Shown here in pieces: positions 49,959 through 58,267 of a stretch of DNA of 64,000 nucleotides. This stretch comes from Bdellovibrionales bacterium. GTDB taxonomy: Bacteria; Bdellovibrionota; Bdellovibrionia; Bdellovibrionales; JAKFYE01. The notes beneath the pieces are model-generated. The model saw only the letters and a program-made list of their open reading frames with translations, searched no databases and was not told where the DNA came from. The position numbers and the translations under genes are program-made. Location: the NCBI GenBank assembly GCA_021731045.1, contig JAKFYE010000022.1, forward strand, positions 43,183-107,182, in the 5' to 3' direction. Every line of letters begins with the position of its first letter. The first letter of the stretch is position 1.

Positions 49959-51275
49959 TTATGCGACTTTGGAAAGTCCCCATTTTACAAGCAATTCGCC
50001 AGCCTGAGTGCCGATCTGTTCAATTTGTGCGAGATTCAACGAATTTCCTTTAACTTTACTGCAGGCGCCTAAAATCATGCCGACTAAATCCTTGCTAATG
50101 CAGACCGGAGCAATCGTAATATGTTCAGGATATTTTCCCTGATTCCATGTACCAAAGAACGAGTCGTTAATCGCATTCGGTACAATACGACCATGATACG
50201 AAGTCTTAGTTTCATTGACGATTCTAAAAATACTCGGTGAAGATAAATCAATGACCGGACTTTTATTGCCATCCCGAATCCAACCTTCAGAATGCTTCCA
50301 AGGCGAAAGACGATTCTTAGAAAATAACAAAACCATAGATTTTTCGAAATGTTTTGCTAACTCTGTTAATAAATACGCGCCGACATCATCAAAATGTCGA
50401 ATTTCTTTTTCTGCCATTGGAGAATTCTGCCCCGAGCTCTGAGCCATTTTATATGCCGAGTTTATTTCTTGCGGTGGCGGCACAGGAGGAGGTGTTCGGT
50501 TAATTCCGGGCGCTGGTGGTCGCGGCATTTCTGAAGTTCCAGGAATCGGCGGCAAATTTACCGGCGCCGTTTTAATGATTTCTGGAGAGGATATAGGTAT
50601 TGCTGGAATTACAATCGAAGTACTAACAGGTTCACGTTCAAGCGAAATGTTATCAAAAGATAACCCGACAGGTGCATCATTCGATTTTGCTTCTAATGAA
50701 AAATTCAATCCTGCAGGAGCATCAACGGCAGGAGGATCTGGTATTTTATCTTTATGAATACCCACCGGCCCACCTATAGAGAGATCTCCAAAGTTAATTT
50801 TCGATGGATCTAAATCCAACTTCAATCCCGCCGGCGCCTGATCCAAAATAGGGACCAAAATAGGGACGGAGCTCGAGATAGGAACCATGTCTTCATCACG
50901 CAATTTCATAATCATTGGCAGGGATGCCAACACCCATTGATGTTGTTGAGGAGCTTTAAATTCTTCAACAGGTTCTAAACACGCAAGGAACAAAATGCCG
51001 TCCCATTCTCCAATCGGACAAACGTGATCCGGCCAAATATCAGAGTAGCGATTTTTAATTTCTGAAGCCTTAACAAATTCGGAAAAATTTTCTTTAAGCG
51101 TTGGTAACTGATAATGCTTGCGCGCCCAATTAAGAAAAGTTTCGCTAGAAACCTTACTCGTTTCCAAAATCCACCGTACCAATGTTTTGTCGGTCGGAAC
51201 CTCTTGGAGCCATTGTTTGAAATTTTCGGGGGTGAACTTAAAGGCTTCGACCCACAATTTGTGATGATCCATCAC
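49959..51275 (-). CDS. Hypothetical protein: GspE-N/MshEN-like N-terminus, proline-rich linker, GAF-like C-terminus
   Basis: 438 aa; start is GTG 51275 or ATG 51272. The N-terminal roughly 130 aa follow the T2SSE_N-like pattern (…LNWARKHYQLPTL…VCPIGEWDGILFLACLEP). The linker includes RPPAPGINRTPPPVPPPQ. The C-terminal roughly 150 aa look GAF-like. All domain calls are low confidence. Confidence 0.4.
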   Translation of the reverse strand: MMDHHKLWVEAFKFTPENFKQWLQEVPTDKTLVRWILETSKVSSETFLNWARKHYQLPTLKENFSEFVKASEIKNRYSDIWPDHVCPIGEWDGILFLACLEPVEEFKAPQQHQWVLASLPMIMKLRDEDMVPISSSVPILVPILDQAPAGLKLDLDPSKINFGDLSIGGPVGIHKDKIPDPPAVDAPAGLNFSLEAKSNDAPVGLSFDNISLEREPVSTSIVIPAIPISSPEIIKTAPVNLPPIPGTSEMPRPPAPGINRTPPPVPPPQEINSAYKMAQSSGQNSPMAEKEIRHFDDVGAYLLTELAKHFEKSMVLLFSKNRLSPWKHSEGWIRDGNKSPVIDLSSPSIFRIVNETKTSYHGRIVPNAINDSFFGTWNQGKYPEHITIAPVCISKDLVGMILGACSKVKGNSLNLAQIEQIGTQAGELLVKWGLSKVA

Positions 51276-51519
51276 CTCTATTTCGGAATTTATGAATAAA
51301 TTAAAGAGTCTGAGAAAACAGAAGTGGTGCGAAATTTACTTGAATTTATGAGTGGTGTCATTTTGCCCAGCCAAGTCCAACCTAGACGTGTTTCAGCACC
51401 TTAACATTGGCCCCCAATTTGGATTATAGACTTTTGTAGGGTTTTTTTAACCCTATTATTGTATGGATGTGTCATGCACAGATAGTTTGCCTAGACCTTA
51501 AGCTGGCAAGGAGTGAGGG

Positions 51520-52440
51520 ATGCAGAACATGACGAAAAAAATTAAATCTAAACTCGCACTCCCTTTCGTCATGTTTTTCTTCGCAATTTCATCACAAGCT
51601 CAAGAGACAAACTCATCAGTTTCATCAACCTCATCTTCTACGGAGCTTTCTTCTCCTGAAGGTTCTACACAAACCAAAATTGAAAACATTAAAGTGGAAG
51701 AAAAACCAAAAAAGTTTGGAATTACCGCGCAGATTGAAGGCTCTTCAAATTTAATTGAAGGTGGAAGCTACGAAAGCAGCCGTGAAACATCATACATGGT
51801 GATTCCGAAGTACAAAATTAGCGACAAAATAGCTCTCGGCGCGATTGCGACTTTCGTTCATAATTTAAAACAAGTTGAGGAATCTGATTTTAATAATACC
51901 GAAGTCAGCGCAACTTATGAACCCATCACTCTTATTTCTGACCAATTGACGATTAAGCCTGTTGTGGCTGCAGTTTTACCTACGCACAAGGCAGATCGTG
52001 ACGAGCTATCTCTTTTGGGCGGCATCGGATTAAAACAAGCTTTAATGTACAATATGACCACGAAACTTAAACTACCTGCGAACATAACTTATGGTGCTTC
52101 AGCTCGTCGCAACCTTCATGAATACAATCGTTCGAATGTTGGTAGCCCAAACTCAGAATATTCTTTTAGCAACTTTCTTTTGCTTGAAGTCGATCTTGGA
52201 AAAAAGTTAAGTTTTGCCACGAAGGGCACGGCTCTTTCCAGTCTCACGTATACAAATACGTGGAGGAGTAAGTTTGAAATTTTTGAAGAACTTAGTTACC
52301 AAGTCACCAATGCGGCGTACCTAACTTTAGGCCATGTAAACACGGACGCGACTTTAAAATCAAATATGTCAGATTCAAATATTGAAGTTTTTAATAATAA
52401 CACATCATCGATTTACCTCGATGCTGGCGTGACATACTAG
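51520..52440 (+). CDS. Predicted outer-membrane beta-barrel protein (306 aa)
   Basis: RBS AAGGAG upstream and a signal peptide (FFAISSQA/QE). It has alternating amphipathic strands and a C-terminal aromatic residue (…LDAGVTY). Confidence 0.6.
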   Translation: MQNMTKKIKSKLALPFVMFFFAISSQAQETNSSVSSTSSSTELSSPEGSTQTKIENIKVEEKPKKFGITAQIEGSSNLIEGGSYESSRETSYMVIPKYKISDKIALGAIATFVHNLKQVEESDFNNTEVSATYEPITLISDQLTIKPVVAAVLPTHKADRDELSLLGGIGLKQALMYNMTTKLKLPANITYGASARRNLHEYNRSNVGSPNSEYSFSNFLLLEVDLGKKLSFATKGTALSSLTYTNTWRSKFEIFEELSYQVTNAAYLTLGHVNTDATLKSNMSDSNIEVFNNNTSSIYLDAGVTY

Positions 52441-52450
52441 GGAGAACAGT

Positions 52451-55400
52451 ATGAAAAGGAAGAACGCACTTAGTTTTTTGCTGCTTACAGGGCTAATATT
52501 CATTGGTTGTACGAAAGAACAACCTTATGAATCCCTGTACAAAGAACATCTTCACGACAAGAGCGTGGTCAATGAAAATGCAGAATTTATTTATTTGCCT
52601 TCTGCTGTTGAAGCCGATCGCCAAGCTCCTGGTGGAAGACCTTTCTGGGTAGGTGAACGTAAACTCGTGCATTTTGCTTGGACCGAAACCGAACTTCAAA
52701 TTATTGAAATCGATCCTGATGGTCGTTGGAAAGATAACCCGACCAACGGAAAGTTGGTTCTCAGCATTCCGGTAAAGCATCTTGGATACCGTTGCGCTAA
52801 AGATAAATATGGTGAGTGTACTAATAAAGAAGAAGAAGTTGGCGATGTTCCATTTTCTCAAAAGCCAAGCTTTAAACCAGACATGGGGGCTGCTGCGATT
52901 AGAGAAGTGGATCTTATGCCTATCGAACTCGAAAACTTATTCACGGGTGGTGCGTGTTATAGCGAAACGGGTAAACCTGAACTTATTGGTTACAATTTGA
53001 ATGAAGATGGTTTGAATCTTCAGTTAGAGCGTACATACCAAGCAAGCCCATTTTGCGTAGCAATTAATGAGTGGGAAGACTTTGCAAATTTAAGTTTTAA
53101 AGCACGTTTTAACTATTCAGTTGTGAAATTAGATAAGCTCAAGACTCAAGGTTATGAGCCAATTTCATACCCAAAAACAGATGAAGGGACTTTTGGTTTC
53201 TTCACAACTGAAAAACGCAAACTTGGTCCAGACAACCAAGATCTCGTGACAGGCGCCGAAGTTTTAATGAACCGTTGGAATCCAAAGCGCGGCGAAATTG
53301 TGTATAATTTAAGCCCTTCGTTCGCTAAACCAGAAAACGCATCTATTTTAAATTCCACTCAAAAAGTTGTTGAAAAATTAAATCGTGGTTTAACTGCGGC
53401 TCACTCTGGACTCCAAATTAAACTTGCTATGCCTGAAGGTAGAATTTCAGGTGACTTACACCATAGCGAAATCGTTTTGATTGAAGATCCTATGAAAGTA
53501 GGCTTGCTTGGTTACGGTCCTTCGATCACGGATCCTAAGACAGGAGAAATCTTATGGGCTCGTGTTGCGATGTACTCAGGAGTTATGAAGCAATTTATCT
53601 GGAGAGAGTACAACGCTCTTGTAAAAGAGAAGAAAGAAACAGTTGCAAAGTCTTTAGGTGGTCCGCTTGTTGATTTGAGTGACGAATTAAAAGCAAAAGC
53701 CCAACCCATCAACGGTGGCGGAGACTCTTCGTCTCCAGCTCTTGATATCGCAGGTCTATTATCTCGCACTCAGGATCATCCTGGATTTAAATTTTCAAAA
53801 CTACATACCGATATTTCTGGGGCGAAGCTCGTTCACGGATTGATCGCAAAAGCTCCTACAGGAAAAACGTTTTTAGTTTCTGAGCTTAGAAAAGAAATGC
53901 GCAAGTTAAACAAAGACGACATGACGGCGAAAATGCTTGAGTATATTCGTCATCCGTCTAGCGGAACTTTAAAAGATAGCGATTCGGCTTCAGTTCGCGA
54001 AAAAATTGCGGCTTTGGATCAAACCTCCGCAATCGCATTGACCGGAGCTTTTCCAGCAGAACTTTTCAACTTTCAGGCGGCTATTTCAGCAGGTCAGATT
54101 GAGGATATCGTAGGAACAGACCCGCGCTACTGGGAAGAGCTTTCAGATGACGAGCGGAATGCAATTATTGAAAAAGTTCTCCCTATCGTATGGGAAGCCA
54201 CTTTGATTCACGAAATTGGACATACGCTTGGTCTTAGACATAACTTTGCGGGTTCAGAAGATGCGACGAACTTCTATTCGCATGATGAACTCGAGAATAT
54301 GGGTGTTGATAAACCTGTGCCATACAGTTCCGTTATGGAATACCCTTACAGCGACATCAGCGCTTTGAACACGCTTGGAAAATACGATATCGCAGCACTT
54401 CGTTACGGTTATGCTCGTGAAGTCGAAACGGCTGACGGAAGTATTAAAAACATTGGAACCCAAACACTCAAAGATACAGAATTAGCTGGAGTAACTTTAA
54501 AAAGTTACAGCTATTGTACGGATGAGCATGCAGATGCAAATCCAAACTGTAACCGATTTGATGAAGGTACGAATTACAGCGAAATTTCAAAACAGTTAGT
54601 CTCTTCTGCAGAACATTTCTATGGAATACGTAACTTCCGTAATGGTCGACGTCTCTTCTCGTTGTACACAGATCGCAACTACATTGCGGGAGTAGATGAT
54701 CGCATGTTTGGATTCCGATTGTTCTTTGAGCGATTCTCATCGATTCAAACGAAATTTAAAATTCCCATGGATATTTGGAAAGGCGTTTCTTGTGCGGCGC
54801 CTTACACGCCAGATGATTGTGCCTTCTTGAAAGGTATTTACGATGGTGTGCAAACAGGACTGACATATATGTTAGATACATTAACAACGCCTGATACGAT
54901 TTGTGCGATTGCCACAACGGCGGCGCCAACTAAAATCATTGCACTCGCAAATCTCACCGACATTTCAGACGATGCGATGGATTGTTTCGATGCGAAGATT
55001 AATCCGGTTTACACAATTATTGGTCAGACGGGTAAGAGTTTTAAATCTCGCAAGGCAACGACGAATGAGAATTCTTATGCCGATCAGATCGACGTTCGTG
55101 GAATTTGGGGCGATAAAATTGTGGCATTGGATTACTTGTTGAACCGTCGTTTGGGTTCAAGCCTATTTGATGACGATATCACCGCGTTCTTAGATAACGA
55201 AGATCTCGGTCCGCAAGTGTTGAGCGTATTAGCTGATATTTTATTAGATAATGTGACTCGCACCCTAGAGGTTGAAGTGCCTGCGACTGGTCAGAAAATT
55301 CCGATTCAATGGAGTTACTCACTAGCTGCAACTCATGTGATTCCAGAGCCTTTGGATTCGTCTTTAGCTAAAGTACTTGGTTTAAAAAATGGTATGACGC

Positions 55401-55837
55401 CATTTATTTATCAAGTCGGTCACGCGATCTCGTCTCAAGTTCCACATCCAGCTATGCCTGTCCAAAGTCAGAAGATAGTGGAGTCGTTCTCGGTGGCCGT
55501 TTGTACTTCAAATTGTCCTGCAAAAGATACTGGCGATATTAAAGTAGAAAAAGTGGGTTCGACAAAATACGTTACGAACGCAGATATGTTGATTGCCGGA
55601 AAGCTAATCGATCAAGTTAGAGAGTTCCGTATGTACTCAGTCTTGACGGAAGCTCAAGTTAACAAGATCTACTTATTATTGAATACACCGGGAGCTGATC
55701 TCTCTACGCTTACGCCTGAAGAAAAGTCCATTTACGATTTGGGTTTAGAAAAGCTTGTGGCTTTTGCTCAAGGCGAAATGAAAGACGAAAATACTCTAGG
55801 CATAACGCTTGAGGCGCTACCTAAAATGAATTTCTAA
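52451..55837 (+). CDS. Large lipoprotein zinc metalloprotease (Met-zincin, HExxHxxGxxH type)
   Basis: RBS GGGAG upstream and a lipobox (LIFIGCTKE). The Zn motif TLIHEIGHTLGLRHNF has HEIGH at nt 54209-54223. A downstream SSVMEY lies at 54326-54343. The roughly 585 aa N-terminal and 480 aa C-terminal to the motif have no recognised family. Confidence 0.75.
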   Translation: MKRKNALSFLLLTGLIFIGCTKEQPYESLYKEHLHDKSVVNENAEFIYLPSAVEADRQAPGGRPFWVGERKLVHFAWTETELQIIEIDPDGRWKDNPTNGKLVLSIPVKHLGYRCAKDKYGECTNKEEEVGDVPFSQKPSFKPDMGAAAIREVDLMPIELENLFTGGACYSETGKPELIGYNLNEDGLNLQLERTYQASPFCVAINEWEDFANLSFKARFNYSVVKLDKLKTQGYEPISYPKTDEGTFGFFTTEKRKLGPDNQDLVTGAEVLMNRWNPKRGEIVYNLSPSFAKPENASILNSTQKVVEKLNRGLTAAHSGLQIKLAMPEGRISGDLHHSEIVLIEDPMKVGLLGYGPSITDPKTGEILWARVAMYSGVMKQFIWREYNALVKEKKETVAKSLGGPLVDLSDELKAKAQPINGGGDSSSPALDIAGLLSRTQDHPGFKFSKLHTDISGAKLVHGLIAKAPTGKTFLVSELRKEMRKLNKDDMTAKMLEYIRHPSSGTLKDSDSASVREKIAALDQTSAIALTGAFPAELFNFQAAISAGQIEDIVGTDPRYWEELSDDERNAIIEKVLPIVWEATLIHEIGHTLGLRHNFAGSEDATNFYSHDELENMGVDKPVPYSSVMEYPYSDISALNTLGKYDIAALRYGYAREVETADGSIKNIGTQTLKDTELAGVTLKSYSYCTDEHADANPNCNRFDEGTNYSEISKQLVSSAEHFYGIRNFRNGRRLFSLYTDRNYIAGVDDRMFGFRLFFERFSSIQTKFKIPMDIWKGVSCAAPYTPDDCAFLKGIYDGVQTGLTYMLDTLTTPDTICAIATTAAPTKIIALANLTDISDDAMDCFDAKINPVYTIIGQTGKSFKSRKATTNENSYADQIDVRGIWGDKIVALDYLLNRRLGSSLFDDDITAFLDNEDLGPQVLSVLADILLDNVTRTLEVEVPATGQKIPIQWSYSLAATHVIPEPLDSSLAKVLGLKNGMTPFIYQVGHAISSQVPHPAMPVQSQKIVESFSVAVCTSNCPAKDTGDIKVEKVGSTKYVTNADMLIAGKLIDQVREFRMYSVLTEAQVNKIYLLLNTPGADLSTLTPEEKSIYDLGLEKLVAFAQGEMKDENTLGITLEALPKMNF

Positions 55838-55861
55838 TTTTAAAGACAGTTAAACTTAAAT

Positions 55862-55893
55862 AAAGGGAGTCACTTGACTCCCTTTATTTTTTT
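55862..55893 (+). terminator. Rho-independent terminator after the metalloprotease gene
   Basis: Perfect 10-bp stem aaagggagtc (55862-55871), loop actt, gactcccttt (55876-55885), followed by attttttt. Confidence 0.85.
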
Positions 55894-55929
55894 GTTGTTA
55901 TACTTTTTACTTCGCGTTTCAATTAATCC

Positions 55930-56691
55930 ATGAAGATTTCATTTTTCTCCTTATTGTTCTCAGGTTTATTGCTTGGCGTATTATCTTCTGAAATGACATT
56001 CGCAGCTCCAAAAAAGGCAGAGCCTAAACAAGAGCGAGCTGAGGAGACCCTTCAAGAAGACGTCAGTAAGACAGAGCCCTCAATCGCCAAAGATTCAACT
56101 GTGGGTAAAGCCACGCTGTTAGGGATAGAGCTTGGTGGCGTACCGACATTTCTTTTTTCGGACAGCAATATCCAGGCCTTTGGTCTGGGGGTTGGAAGTA
56201 ATATGGGAATTTACGGTGTTTTTCGTAACGATAAGACTCTCGCGATTAAAGCAAGGGTTGAGCATGTCTATTTACGTGAAGAAGCCATGAGTAAAGCTCC
56301 GATGGACTTTTATATTCCGGGAACTTATCTCAAAGCTTTGACTCAAGAATATATGATGTTTGCGGGTGGAGTCGAGTTTCGTCAACCAGGGGTAGGAAAT
56401 CAATTTTTTTATGAAGCCACTTTAGGTTATGCAGTGGGTGTGTCGGGGAGTGCCGAGGTGACGCCTAAAACCGGTACGGCTGTGGTGGAAGGGCGAAACG
56501 TACCACTCGTTTCAACGTTTTTCTTAGGCGGCGGCGCAGGTTTGCGAAGAAAATTTACGGAGAAGCTTTCAGGAGTTGCGAGCGGCCGTACGTTTTTTCT
56601 TTTAGGTACACCATATAAAGGTGATTTAAAAAATAAAATGTTTATTCCTATGCCAATTATGTTGTCGGTCGGATTGGAATATTTTTTATAA
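55930..56691 (+). CDS. Predicted small outer-membrane beta-barrel protein (253 aa)
   Basis: Signal peptide (LLLGVLSSEMTFA/AP), Gly/aromatic-rich alternating strands, and a C-terminal …VGLEYFL. Confidence 0.5.
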   Translation: MKISFFSLLFSGLLLGVLSSEMTFAAPKKAEPKQERAEETLQEDVSKTEPSIAKDSTVGKATLLGIELGGVPTFLFSDSNIQAFGLGVGSNMGIYGVFRNDKTLAIKARVEHVYLREEAMSKAPMDFYIPGTYLKALTQEYMMFAGGVEFRQPGVGNQFFYEATLGYAVGVSGSAEVTPKTGTAVVEGRNVPLVSTFFLGGGAGLRRKFTEKLSGVASGRTFFLLGTPYKGDLKNKMFIPMPIMLSVGLEYFL

Positions 56692-56731
56692 ATAAAGTGG
56701 CCTGCCGAAAATCGAATGTCTATATGATTTA

Positions 56732-58267
56732 CTAGTTTTCGAATCCAAGTTTGAAAAAAATCGGAGTGATAATTGTCGTGTCCCATTTATTATTACGTGT
56801 ATCGGGGCTGTTCTGCGGAACGACTTGATAGATGCCGCGATGATAACGAAACTCGTAACCAATAAAGAACTTGTACGTTGGGTTCCAAGTTAACCCGATG
56901 GTACCCTCGTAGACGTCACCTGAAAGTTTACCGCGATCTTCAATATGAGTAATGGGTTTGTAATAAAGCCCTTCGACCGAGAGTTGGTAATTGCGTGCGA
57001 TGGTTCCGTTAAATTGCGTACCCATAACGAGTCCATTTGTGGTGTACAATTCGTAGCTAGCTGCAGGTGCATTGATAATTTCGTAAACATTCATTTGTCG
57101 ATATCCAATAATAAAGTTTTGATTAAATCCTGGAGTACCAAAGCGTAATCTATTGGTAATCGTGGTGGTCATGTACGGAAGGTCAGCATCAGCTTGATGA
57201 TACTTTCCGTAAGTTAAATCTAGTTGTAAGCCGTAGCCTTCAGTAAAGTAGTAGTTACCTATAAAATTATTGGTCCAAGCTGTACTTTTGGACTCGCCAT
57301 TTTCATAACCGGGGGTATATGTAGATTTATAGGTTTGAGTTAAACTTGTTAATCCGATGCCCCAATAGAATGCAAAGTTACCTGCCGAAATGAGATCTTT
57401 CCGCGCGGTAAAATGTCCTGTTTCAGATAGAACACCTTTTGTTTTTTCGCCTTCTTTAGTTCGCACGGCCCAAGTATATTCGCCGGGCTCAGCAAACGGA
57501 AGTTCGTAGGTTTCCGACTCTGAAATGTTTGTCGGCATCGGAACTGTTTTTTTATCTCCGGTTTCATCGTCGACATAAGACATTTCGATATCGGAGAACT
57601 TCGTGATAGGATCTTTTTGCCATTCTAGGGCAATGGGACGATAAGCGGGAACGGCTTGGTCTTGAACAGGCTTTATGAGTTCAGGCTTTTGAATATCCTT
57701 TTTTTCAACGGTGAAGAGTCGTGGCTCCCCATAGGGACTTTCATAAATCTCTTTATAAATTGTTCGAAGCTTCCACATGTATTCGCCTTCTTCAAGCGTG
57801 TTCAAAGAATATTTTGTGTCCTTAGTTCGCCCTTCAAAGACTTTTTTTCCGGTAGTTTTGTAAATAAAAATTTCGTATTCAGGATTGTCGTCAACCGGTT
57901 TCCATTCAAATTCAACTTTGGGAGGAATTTCAAAATAACTATATTCCACATCATTCTTAGGAGCTTTAAGTTCTGGGGGGTAAGGCGTAACAGAAAATTT
58001 CATGGGTTCTGACCAGTGTCCAGGCTGTTTGTCTTTGTCGACAGCTCTGACCTTATAAAAATAAGTTCCAATATCGAGATTCACGGTGATTGTAGGTTCT
58101 TTTGAAGCTTTTTTTACGACGACTTGTTTGAAGTCTGAAGTTTTAGATACGTAGACATGATAGCCTAATGTGTTCTCGAACGGATCCCAACTGAGCTCAA
58201 CTTCACGAGCTTGAGCGTGAGTTGTGAAGAGAATTAAAATTATGAAAATCATTTTCATCATCTTCAT
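56732..58267 (-). CDS. Secreted protein: three Ig/FN3-like repeats fused to a C-terminal predicted beta-barrel
   Basis: The ATG overlaps the upstream stop (ATGA at 58264-58267). Signal peptide is ILILFTTHAQA/RE. The repeats end in G.Y.[YW]K/A.R (GTYFYKVRA, GEYMWKLRT, GEYTWAVRT). The last roughly 215 aa are Gly/Tyr-rich alternating strands. Confidence 0.6.
   Translation of the reverse strand: MKMMKMIFIILILFTTHAQAREVELSWDPFENTLGYHVYVSKTSDFKQVVVKKASKEPTITVNLDIGTYFYKVRAVDKDKQPGHWSEPMKFSVTPYPPELKAPKNDVEYSYFEIPPKVEFEWKPVDDNPEYEIFIYKTTGKKVFEGRTKDTKYSLNTLEEGEYMWKLRTIYKEIYESPYGEPRLFTVEKKDIQKPELIKPVQDQAVPAYRPIALEWQKDPITKFSDIEMSYVDDETGDKKTVPMPTNISESETYELPFAEPGEYTWAVRTKEGEKTKGVLSETGHFTARKDLISAGNFAFYWGIGLTSLTQTYKSTYTPGYENGESKSTAWTNNFIGNYYFTEGYGLQLDLTYGKYHQADADLPYMTTTITNRLRFGTPGFNQNFIIGYRQMNVYEIINAPAASYELYTTNGLVMGTQFNGTIARNYQLSVEGLYYKPITHIEDRGKLSGDVYEGTIGLTWNPTYKFFIGYEFRYHRGIYQVVPQNSPDTRNNKWDTTIITPIFFKLGFEN
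57404..58207 (-). repeat. Three tandem roughly 85-90-aa Ig/FN3-like coding repeats
   Basis: Protein residues 21-94, 98-187 and 196-288 share the pattern P...(V/I)EF.W......Y.I.I.........T.Y.L..L..GEY.W.(V/L)R. Confidence 0.6.

Noticed and set aside
51492-51502. The exact 11-mer tagaccttaag occurs upstream of the OMP operon (51492-51502) and upstream of the cyclase gene (60473-60483). It also occurs inside the NFACT gene (18247-18257), and a near-copy (cgtagacct-aagg, reverse strand) is at 19391-19404.
   Set aside because: The match is post hoc. With about 15 intergenic regions compared pairwise on both strands, roughly one shared 11-mer is expected by chance. A third copy sits in coding DNA. 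It is worth a genome-wide motif count but is not evidence of a shared operator on its own.
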